A stretch of 64,000 bases of DNA from Macrostomum lignano (Eukaryota): positions 238,686 through 302,685 of the forward strand of contig NIVC01001374.1 in the NCBI GenBank assembly GCA_002269645.1, written 5' to 3'. The notes below the pieces were generated by a model. It did no database searches and had not been told where the DNA came from. It saw only the letters and a list, made by a program, of their open reading frames with translations. A program made the translations under genes and the position numbers. Positions 12,817 through 24,800 of this stretch are shown here, piece after piece; the first letter of the stretch is position 1, and every line of letters starts with the position of its first letter.

Positions 12817-15800
12817 TTACACATTGGAGAAGCTGCACTCAACCAGGCTGAAGCGAACTGATCGGCTCAGCATCCTGCACTGGTGCAGCTGCACCCGACG
12901 GCTGGCCGTCACCACCGAGCTCGGGCTGGAGCCTGCTGGCAGGCTGAGCTGCAAACTGCCGGAGCTACGGCTGATGCGCACCGGTTTGGACATTCGAGGC
13001 GCGCACACGCTGCTCAAATGGGTGGACATGGACGGCGATTTGAGCAATGCTGTGCCATGGTACCATGCGTCACGTTTGCGTCTGTGTCTTCAAGACGCTA
13101 AAACTGTGTCTGTGCCTGTTCCCGACACTAAAACTGTGTCTGTGTCTGTTCCCGACACTAAAACTGGGTCTGTTCCCGACACTAAAACTGTGTCTGTGTC
13201 TGTTCCCGACACTAAAACTGGGTCTGTTCCCGACACTAAAACTGGGTCTGTTCCCGACACTAAAACTGGGTCTGTTCCCGACACTAAAACTGTGTCTGTG
13301 TCTGTTCCCGACACTAAAACTGGGTCTGTTCCCGACACTAAAACTGGGTCTGTTCCCGACACTAAAACTGGGTCTGTTCCCGACACTAAAACTGGGTCTG
13401 TTCCCGACACTAAAACTGTGTCTGTTCTCGACACTAGCACTGTGTCTGTGTCTGTGTAGCCAGCACTGTCTACTTATCAGTAGACAAACTCTGATCGGCA
13501 AAAATCGACCTTTCCTACAATAATCCTAATTCTTTGTTGAGTGCAATTTTCACCTACACTAAAATACCTGGATAACCGAGGATACGTTAACAGTCTGACT
13601 TACGTGTTGTAGACCGCAGTGCGCAGGCCCAAGCACAGGCACGCTTCTGGCCGGCGGCCGCGGCAGCCGTTCAGGCAGTCCGGGCACTCAGTCTGGTGCA
13701 CCGTCAGAGAACCGGAAATGCTGAACGCTGGCGCTGCGCTTGACGGCACGCAGGCCACGCGGCTGGAGTCGTTGTGTCGCGCACCCGAGCGACAGCGGCA
13801 TTCGTATCCGCCCCACTCATTCACGCACTCGCCGTAGGGCTGGCAGAGGCTGGGGTTCTCCTGGCACTCGTTACGATCTGCAATTCGGTGTCGTAAAAAT
13901 TAGCTCTCATTTCAGCCTTGAGAGTGGCATGCGTAGCCAGCGGTCCAGCGCGTCGCTCTGATGTGCCAGCAGCCCAGGCTCGATTCCAAGTGCAGTCGCA
14001 TTAATTTGTAGCTAAGTTGGAATCTCGGCTTGGCTCGTGCAAAACAGTGAATTTTTCATGCCCAACGATAAATAAAGTTGGGGCCGCTGTACACTCCTGT
14101 GTGAGTGTGTGCCTGTGCGTATGACTGCGTACGTATTTGCGCCCATGTGTGCCTGCTCAGGGGAGTCGGCGGAATGGGCAGTAATGCCTCTCGCCGGTTG
14201 TGTGACAATGCCGCTTGAAGTGCGCCAGGGTGCACACAGCCCCCTGCCTCCATTTTTCTATGCTATATGTGTATGTCAGTCTGTAGAGGAATATTCATTT
14301 AGCATTTAATCAGCGTATAACAATACTGAAAAAATGCACGCAATCAGTTTTGGACATGAATGCAGACAAAATGACAGATTTCAAAACACACCAAGACTTA
14401 AATAAACTAAGACTCACCGCGGCACAGCTTCGACCGGCTGTCTAATGCGAAGCCTGCATAGCAGCGGCAGGTGTACGACCCTGGCGTGTTGATGCAGTCT
14501 CCCATCAAGCACAGGTCGCTACCGGCTCTGCTGCATTCGTCAATGTCTGAGAAGGGAAAGAAAAAATCCGCATTTTTCTGCAAGTCACCGACTATTCGTG
14601 CAACTTGTCCTGGAATTCATGCTTAATTGATCCAAGAATTTCAACTCAAACTTTTCAATTTCTTTACTCCTTTGAATAGTTGTCTCATTCTACATCTCTG
14701 CTTTTGCTAAATGTACCTTATTTTGTTTAAAGTTTGCTAAGTTCGCTAAAAGTTACATTTCAAATTGTGGTACACTAGGTAACAATGGCATGAGAACAGT
14801 GCATTCGAGGATGTTACATAATGCGCCGTCCACCATTGTCTCTTTCAGTATTTGTACCACCCTCTAGGAGATAGAAGACCTGATCTGACCCCAGGATCTG
14901 ACTAAGCAGAAGAGCCTCACCAACGCAGCTCTTTTTATCGGCGGCCTGTCGGAAGCCCAGGTAGCAGGAGCATTCGAAATCGCGGCCCCGTTCCAGGCAG
15001 CGGCCATTCTGGCACGGACCTTCGCCGCTGCCACCGCCCAGAGTGAGTGTCTGGCAGGCGCCGCCACCGCTCAGGCTTGCATACTGGTCGCTGGCCAAGT
15101 CGCGGCGCCTTGAAGGGCCTTCGCGGACGACTGTCAGGCTGCCATCGATAGAGAAGTCTGGCACGCCTCGATCAGGACTGCCCAGATGGGCGTAGTCACC
15201 GCCAGAGCTGCTGTCGGAGCTTCCACTACTGCCGCTGCTGGAACTGCTGCCGCGACCGCCACTGAGGCCGTGAATGATCACCTTGTTTGTGTCTGGAGTT
15301 GTGGAACATCAATTGCACTTGATAGTCGCTTCATGATCAATTAATAAAGTTTGCAGCAGTAAATCAGAAATTTCAAACTTCCCAAAAAGTATGCTTACAA
15401 TACGATACAATCGCATCGACGTAAATCAAAGCTATCGCAAGACCGCCTACCTGCATTGTAGTCGTAGGGCTCACAGCGCCTACGCTGTGGATCAACATTT
15501 TTAAATCCGGGATAGCAGAAGCACTGATAAAGTCCTGAGGCCGGGGAGTTGACGCAGTGCCCCATGCCGCCGCAAACGCCAGGCCGTTCTGCGCAATATC
15601 CTGTCTCGCGCATATCGGCCTTCAAGCAGAAGCGCTTGTCATGTGATAATCGATATCCAGAGGCGCAGGAGCAGGTGAACTGATGCGACCCGTTCAGATC
15701 GTGACAGCGCCCTCGGCCGCAGACGTAGCCAAATTTCTGACAGTATGTTTTGTGAAATAGACGCTGCAACGGGTCCGATGGCAGAGGAAAGCCAGTGGGT

Positions 15801-18800
15801 GCAAGGGCAGTCTCTTTAGGCGGAGCTGGGGCTCTTCCTGGCACACATGCGCGGCCACCAGGGCCCGAGACGTATCCGGCGTTGCAGGCGCAGGCGAAGT
15901 TGCGCCCGCCGCGATCAACGCATGCACCGTTAGGTCCGCAGACTGTGGGGTTGCGCTGGCAGAAGGTGACGCGCGGAGCGGACAGACGGCAGTTCTGCTG
16001 GTCGCCAGTCAGCTCAAAGCCGCGATAACAAACGCACTGAAATCTGCCGGAGCCCAGGTTTTGGCAGGCACCGTTGCGGCAGATGTCAAACACTTGGCAA
16101 GGGTTGATCTCTGTTGAACGGTAGATGGATTTTAATAACTGGGGTTGAGTTTTAAAATGTACGAAGTAGAACATAACTAGAGTAACTCATTAGCAGTAAA
16201 AACAGCATTTTCAAAACATGACAATGTGCGATTGTGACATGAAGACTTAGAGCCAATGATTTTGGGAAAAAAAGTTACATAAGGTATGAATTCGGTACCA
16301 GTACGCTCGCATTTAGGGTGCAGTCGAGGCTTTTCAAGAATACATGTGGGAGATTAGCTAGCTAGGGGTTGAAGCCTCATGTTTAAGAGCGTCGGACTCA
16401 CGTCTGAAAGGTCGGGGGCTCGATTCTCGACCTTACTCGGAACAATCTGGGTCCTTGAGCAAGACACTTGACTCTGCATTGCTTCAGTTCACCCAGAGCT
16501 TTAAAATGGGTGCCAGCATTTGCTGGGGTAATTGAGGCTGTGTGTGGCGACCCCCCCTCCCAGTCCTTGGGCTGAACAGCCGTACGCAGCCTTCAGAAGC
16601 GTCGCGCAATCGAACAATTGTGTCAACCTGCCTCACCTGGCTCTCTGCGTCTGTCCGGTAGGCAAGATCTTCTATCATCAGCTGGACGGTATCCCGTTTG
16701 ACAGTCGCAGTAGAAGTCGGTCGCAGACACGCTGACGCATCGGCCGTAGGGTTGACAAACTGACACGCGTCGAGTGGCGTCTTCGCAGTAGAGCTGCGGC
16801 GCAGGAGGCTGCGGAGCGTCGCTCAGCTGAGCCGGCAGGCAGGAGCGGCTGTCAGCCGACTGCCTGTGGTCAGGGTTTCGGCAGAAGCAAATGTAGCTGT
16901 CATCGCTGGGACTCGCGCCGATGGCTAGACACTCGCCGATGTCGCTAGGGCAGGTGCGCTGACGAGTACAAGCATCACCAACAGTTGTTGTCGTTGGAGG
17001 TGGCACGGTGGTGGTGGGTTCGGGCAGGCAGTTCAGACCGTCATTTCTGACGCGATAGCCGGGACGACAGCTGCAGTAGAAGTTTCTCTCGCCGACAGGC
17101 CTGCAGACACCGCCTGGGCTGCAGGCTCCGGGATTCGATTGGCAGTAGTTCTGCTGGCGGCGTCGACAACTCCGACCGTCGGCAGCAGCCTCGTAGCCGG
17201 AGTTGCAGCGGCACTGAAAGTCAGGACGGCCGCCGATGACAGTGTTGACGCAGCTGCCGTGGCTGCAGAGTCCGCTACGTCTGGTGCAGAGGTCGGTGAC
17301 GCGCTCTGTCGTTGTAAGTGATTTTTCAGTGAAATTCATCATCAAAATTGAAATTCATTCCCGAGTCTTTAACTGGCAAACTTGCATCAGTTGTGTAACC
17401 GAACACATATCGTGTAATCCCGTTACCTGAGCAACTTTTTCCATCCGAGCTAAGTTCGAATCCTGGAAAACACTGGCAGCGAAAGTCTGTCGGACCATTA
17501 CTGATACAGGTGCCTCCGACTCCACAGACTCCAACGTGTGCATCACAATAACCTGAAATTCGTTATTTTTTACACTCTGTTTGTTGTTAAAAACAATTTC
17601 TAAGATTGCCTTGTTATGGTTGTTGGGCTGAAAATGATTTTTATTAGTCTCTGAGCTAGCCTATCTGTAAAGTTACATTTCTTAGCCTTAGCTATTTCAA
17701 AAAACGACACCAGCTGAGTACTATAAGATCTGAGTTATCGATTCTAAATTCTTATCATTATTACAACCTGCAGCTGTAAATGCAGCACACGCACGCAGCA
17801 ATAACAATTGCTGTTACAGCCAGGTAAATACAGGTCGCCAGAGTACGCAAGAAGGGTATTCGGTTGGACAATAATTCTGCTGCCTTTTCTAGAACGAGAA
17901 ATGTGCAGCATAATTTTCTCAGGAAGGCAAGCTAAAAATAGAATAATCTTTATCAGCGCCAGAAGGAACTGGTTTCGTTCAAGAGACGAGTTGATGGAAT
18001 GGAAGGTGAAAATACATAAAAAGAGAAATGGAATTCCGTCTTAATAACCTGTTGGTTTCTTTATAGTTGCACAGCCTCTAATAGGAAAGGCAAGTTCAGG
18101 AGAACTTCTGGTCCGCAGGCGAAGCAGACAGGTGAAGAGGCTGCACTGCTGTGAGGGGACCATTCCGCATCCGTACCATGTTCCTCAGCTGCGACTGGGG
18201 CACTCTCTCTCGACTTCACTTTGTTTCCTTACTAATTGGCCCACCGTTCAGGTCCGGGACGAAGGCATTTCTTCTGTTCCTATTAAGCTGTTTGCCCCCG
18301 AGTTTGAAACTTTTGGTCTTCTGACAGGCTTTTACTTTATTCAACTGGCAGATGGGCCCGTGAATTCAGTTAACCTTGACTGATGAATCACCTCCACTCG
18401 GACATCGACTGGACAGAAAGCCAAGGGAGACTAACTCTGTGCATTACAAGATATTTTTAGTCAAAGATTCTTATTATTCTTATTTTAATTATTAAATTTA
18501 GACACAGGGTGGCTGTGTGCACCCTGTCACACAACCGGCGAGAGGCATTACTGCCCATTCCGCCGACTCCCCTGAGCAGGCGCACAAGCGCGCGGATACG
18601 TACGCAGTCATACGCACAGGCACACACACAGGAGTGTACAGCGGCCCTAACTTTGTTTATCGTTAGGGCTTCACTGTGCCTTGGGGTTGGCCCCCCAAGG
18701 CTGTTAATTGCACGAGCCAAGCTGAGATTCCAATTCAGCCACAAATTAATGTGACTGCACTTTGAATCGAGCCTGGGCCGCTGGCACATCAGAGCCCCAT

Positions 18801-21800
18801 CCCCAAGACTCACTTTGCAGCCTCTCGCAGCGCCGCTCCACGCGGTTGTAAGTGAGTCCACTGGAGCACAGGCACCTGGATTGTTTGGGAGAATAATTGT
18901 AGATTTCATAATTAAAGCACCAGTTTAAAAAATATCCCGATCCCTCAGAGGTAGCAACGCACCTGATATCAGACTCGCCATCAGGCAAGCAGCTTCCGCC
19001 TCCACAAATGCCTGGGATGCTGCAGAAGTTCAATTCTGAAAAATCAGGACGGGGCTGATCATTATTAATGATTTATTTTATCGGTTTCTTGAATCCTAAA
19101 TTACGATGCAGCGGCTTTGTTTAAATTTGCAGTTGCCAGTCTACTTCAATGCTTGCTGAACTAACCAAATAGGCCCAGGGTTAGCAAAGCTGAACGAACT
19201 TCAGGCAGATTAAAAAAGCTGCCTTCTATCATTCCAGTTTGATTAGGTCTGCGTAAGAGAGAAAAAATTTTTATGACACCTAAAAAACTTTCGTCGCTTC
19301 TGCTTGATAGCGGGTTTGTTTTAACGAATTTATAAACCTGTTTCTTAGTTTATGAAGGTGAATTCTGTAAGTACCTTAAAATGCTTCATAGATAAACTTA
19401 TAGTTTATAAAAACTATTTGAAGAAAGATCGACCAGAGCAGCATCTTCACCCCTTGACACTCATGGTCCACATGAATTCACGGACTACTCAAGTAGAAGG
19501 ACGGGAAACCACGTTTCTTGGAAACTTTTACCACAGAATTAACTCGTTTAAACAGATAATCCCTATTTTATGAACAAGAAGCTTTATGAATACCACAAGA
19601 ACTATAAGGAAGGCAAGAAATATCAAAAATGAACATTGGCTCTGCCTCCTACTAAAAGCAATCACGATTTTTGTACTGAAAAAAGGAAAACATATTTTTC
19701 GGTAAAAACCTCCCTGCTAAAGTTTTCCAAGAAACCTATAGGTTCCTTTGCATGTCCTTGCATGAAGCTCTGCCTGCTACCTGAGACAATTTTTTATTGT
19801 CAAAATGTTGACACACTCGAAGATAGAAAACCTATGCCAGAGGCGCTCCTCTGAAGGAATAAATTGTTTTTACAACTTTTGGCCAAGCCGACTGTCAGTC
19901 AATTAAAGCAAGAGCCCGTGCGAATACAATTATCAGCTCAAAGCTGTGCTGCAGTTGTAAAATTGGTAGTGAAGCAGAGCTCGTAAACCTTATGCTTGGC
20001 ATTCCTTCGTTAAAATGTTGCGTTTTACAAGGCATTTTAACTTCTCCTAGTCTGGAATTCTTCTCTGCTTTTGGTACACTGGGGGAGGACGAGGTGACAT
20101 GAAAATAATTTAGTTAGAGCCGCCATGGTTGAGGGAAGCGTCTAGCTCAACAGACTTTCATGCGCTGGGTGGCTTCTTGTCGACCCAAATACAATGCATC
20201 ATGCTTTACACACCAATTAAAGAGCCAATTAATTAGGGCTTAGGAATTTTTTTCACACCAAAATTATTTACTGCGCAGTTTTTTATGGCACAAAGGGATT
20301 CGAAGAAAGGCGACGCCGCGGCCGACTGATCTAAGAGAGACTTTATTCTTGCCGACATGAGCCACTTGCTGCTTTTATCAATATACATTCTGACACTATT
20401 TTCTAGCATTCACGCCCCCACTGCAATAAACAGGTTGATGCTTAACATACACACTGTGTTTCTGTGTTCGTTTAATCAACCGATTGTCACCTTTACTCAC
20501 AGACTCTCAAAAACAGCATTTTAATCCGCTTACTGACGCAGGCTCGGCCACTGCTGATGCGGCCGAAGCCGCAGCCGCTTCCTCCAGCACCGCGGCACGA
20601 CCGACAGGCGAAGCCCCAGGCTCGCCCGAAGCTGTTGCAGCACTCCTCCCGGCTGATAAACACGGATGTGAGCTGGCCAGAGCAGGAGCCCGAGGCGGAC
20701 TGGACATTGCTGTAGCAGGGGCCTTTGTCCACCACTGGGAATGGGTATTTTGAGTACAGATCTGGTTTGAAATGCGATACTCTTAGGTCCAACTGTTATT
20801 TAAATCTAACTTACCCAAACAACCGTAATAACATGCTTTCTACATGGGTTGCTATCAGAGTTGTTAAGTAGTCCTTGCTATATCCTAACCCATAGTCCTA
20901 ACCCTAAACCTGACCTAAACTCTAGTCCTATACCCTAAACTTGGCCTAAACTCTAGCCCTATACCCTAAACTTGACCTAAACCCTAGCCCTATACCCTAA
21001 ACTTGACCTAAACTCTAGCCGTAACCCTAAACTTGACCTAAACCCTAGCCCTATATCCTAAACTTGACCTAAACCCTAGCCCTATACCCTAAACTTGACC
21101 TAAACCCTAGCCCTATACCCTAAACTTGACCTAAACCCTAGCCCTATATCCTAAACTTGACCTAAACTCTAGCCGTAACCCTAAACTTGACCTAAACCCT
21201 AGCCCTATACCCTAAACTTGACCTAAACCCTAGCCCTATAACCTAAACTTGACCTAAACTCTAGCCGTAACCCTAAACTTGACCTAAACCCTAGCCCTAT
21301 ACCCTAAACTTGACCTAAACCCTAGCCCTATAACCTAAACTTGACCTAAACTCTAGCCGTAACCCTAAACCTGACCTAAACTCTAGCCCTATACCCTAAA
21401 CTTGACCTAAACTCTAGCCGTAACCCTAAACTTGACCTAAACCCTAGCCCTATACCCTAAACTTGACCTAAACCCTAGCCCTATAACCTAAACTTGACCT
21501 AAACTCTAGCCGTAACCCTAAACCTGACCTAAACTCTAGCCCTATACCCTAAACTTGACCTAAACTCTAGCCGTAACCCTAAACCTGACCTAAACTCTAG
21601 CCGTAACCCTAAACCTGACCTAAACTCTAGCCGTAACCCTAAACCTGTCCTAAACTCTAGCCGTAACCCTAAACCTGACCTAAACCCTAGCCCTATACCC
21701 TAAACTTGACCTAAACCCTAGCCCTATACCCTAAACTTGACCTAAACTCTAAAACCCAATACTTTAAACCTCACCAACCCTAGCCCTATACCCTAAAAAC

Positions 21801-24800
21801 CTAAATCGTTTATTTTTATCACTAGAAATCGACAACCGTTTCTCGACTTCTGCACTTTCACTATGCATACAAAGTAGGAAGTACTGTGTTATTTTATAAA
21901 TTAATTTCTTATGTTTTAGAATTACGTAGCATTAAAAAGGGTTTGAACTCTGTAAAATAATGCCCTGAGAAAAGACCGTTTTATTTAAATACGAGGGTTG
22001 TCCCAGAAATAGCGGGAAAAACTTATACAGAGGCTGATTGTGATATTCGAATTTGATGCAACTTGCGTCATAAGTAGAAAAAAATCCAATGGTTGTTTTG
22101 CTTTTTAAATGGGGTAAAAATGTCAATTCATTAAAAAGTTATGCCTATAATTAGAACAAGAGGTAGGGGGTAGAGCTACGAGTACACCAAGTCGAGGGGT
22201 CTGCAAAGTCGGTCACGCAGCATCGCCATCGCCCTTGACTGATGACTTTTCGACGAAGTCACCTCTCAGCCTGTAGCCTGCAGCTGTTCTGCTTCTGCTT
22301 CTGCTTCAGATTAGCTTCTGCTTTTTTCGAGGGCTTATGTGCTCTTTTGTTTCTCTTCAGCTTCATCGTTTGCTTTTGTTTTCGAATCGATGTTCTGACT
22401 AAGCATCAAAAGTTTAGTCTATGGCCAGCATAGTAGGCTCGACTTGGTGTAACTCTACCCCCTACCCCTTGTTCTAATTATAGGCATAACTTTTGAATGA
22501 ATTGACATTTTTACCCCATTTAAAAAGCAAAACAACCATTGGATTTTTTTCTACTTATGACGCAAGTTGCATCAAATTCGAGTATCACAGTCAGCTTCTA
22601 TACTGGTTTTTCCCACTATTTCTGGGACAACCCTCGTACATTAGAGGGATATGATATCAAGCGTATCATACCAGCTTCACATTTCGGTAGTCATAAAGCT
22701 ACATATAACTTCCTTTCTCGCTCCTCCCTAACAACCAGATATAAAACAATGTGCAGCATGATTCTCTAAACCAACCGTCACAGGAGGGGCCGCTGAAGCC
22801 ATCGTTGCAACTGCAGACGCCAGTGGAGAGGCAGCGTCCATTACCGGAGCAGTAGTTTGGGCAGGTGGCTGCAAAAAAGCACATCATGGAGGCATTAAGA
22901 ATGAGAGTCTATGGCACAAAGTGACACTATAATAGACAACATACCAAACTGGCAGGCGCTGCCACTGAACCCTGGTGCGCACTGGCATCTGCCCCCAGCA
23001 ACACAACGGCCCCCGTTCTCGCATGGCCTCGGACAGGAAGCTATACCGACGGCTGGAAAGATAAATGCAAAAACTGCAGTTGAATCAACTTACAATTTAC
23101 CCTAAGAGTAACGCAAGGCAGGGATTACGCTATGGAACGCATTAGAGGGAAAGGTAAGCGAAAGTAGGAATGAAGTATTCGTACTTCCTGCCGCAGTTGG
23201 CGTTGCTGAAACAGCTGTTGCTAGCATCAGCAGAGCCAGAGCTAGTCCTGTCGGCTTCTTCGCTTTCATTTGTGAAGACAATTTTCTTGAACAGGAGTTC
23301 TTTTACTAATAAGTGTGCCTTTACGCTGCCGTTACAACTTGGCAAAGAAACCTAAAGTGAAGGCGTTTCTGCTGCCGCGAGCCGCTCGCACAGCCACTAT
23401 TTATAGCGATCTCATCGGGCCGCTAAGTATTAGTAAAGCTAAAAAGCAATCTGCACCCAAGCAGGGGGCGGGGCTGTGCAAGTAGTGCTTCAGCCTAGAC
23501 TTAATCGGGCGCAGAATTAAGCGCATCGAGCAGTCAGCAACTATTTTCAGAAATGCACTGACTGCAGGACAGACAGGTCATCTTCTGTGCACTCTGGTGC
23601 TGCTGCTGAATTCCAAACTAGGCAGCGGTGCAAAGCGAGAGCTGCTAATTGCATCTGCTAGGGTGCAAGGTCAACCTTCTGACTGACAGACATGCGGAAA
23701 GGAGCAAGCTATTCTATCAATTTAGATTTGCTTTGGATTTCGAATTTTAAGCACGAGTTACATGAAAATTTGGTATCTATTTCACCTTGTAGGATATCCA
23801 GATATGTGTAACGCTGCTTGTGCTAGTAATATTATCATAATCACTTTTGGTTAGAGCGTGGGACTCACGACTGAAAGGTCGGGGGTTCGATTCTCGACCC
23901 ACTTGGAACAATTTGTGTCCTTGGGCAAGACATTTAACTCTGCATTGCTTCAGTTCAAAATATTTTTTTAGTCAAGATAAACTGTTATTAGAGTTGGTTA
24001 TTAAACTCATTTTTGAAAAAAACATGCAAAATTTAAAGTTGAGAACTCACCATCGCTCCCACCGCTGCCGCCACTGCTGCGACCGTCGCAGCTGTACTGC
24101 ACTACACTGTCAGGGCAGAAGCACAGGTTGGGCCCGATGCACTGCCCACCTGAGCCGCAACCGCTGTCGCAGACTGCTGCAAAGTTGGTAAGAAGAAAAA
24201 CACAGAAATTAACTTCTTTAGCTCCATATTTCCGACATTTCATATCTCCGACACTTCACATCTCCGACATTTCATATCTCCGACATTTCATATCTCCGAC
24301 ACTTCACATCTCCGACATTTCATATCTCCGACATTTCATATCTCTTCACATCTCCGACATTTCATATCTCCGACATTTCATTCTCCGACATTTCATATCT
24401 CCGACACTTCATTTCTCCGACACTTCATTTCTCCGACACTTCACATCTCCGATACTTCACATCTCCGACACTTCATATCTCCGACACTTCACATCTCCCA
24501 CACTTCATATCTCCGACACTTCATTTCTCCCACACTTCATATCTCGACACTTCATTTCTCCGACACTTCATTTCTCCGACACTTCACATCTCCGACACTT
24601 CACATCTCCGACACTTCACATCTCCGACACTTCACATCTCCGACACTTCACATCTCCGACACTTCATATCTCCGAACTCACATTCCGACACTTCACTCCG
24701 ATCTCCGACACTTCACATCTCCGACACTTCACATCTCCGACACTTCATATCTCCGAAACCTCATATTTCCGACACTTCATATTTCCGACACAATATCTTC

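Noticed and set aside
12824-13523. Long ORFs with VPDTK/SVGNRP/VSGTDP repeats
   Set aside because: Products of a 6n-bp minisatellite open in several frames on both strands; no independent gene structure
17808-18383. ORFs in a fibrillin-like intron with a QLRLGHS motif
   Set aside because: At most a heavily decayed LINE remnant; no EGF pattern or usable splice phases
23170-23355. Plus-strand ORF resembling a signal peptide (MKYSYFLPQLALL...)
   Set aside because: Antisense shadow of the minus-strand signal exon, which has a TATA box and a compatible downstream exon; no plus-strand continuation
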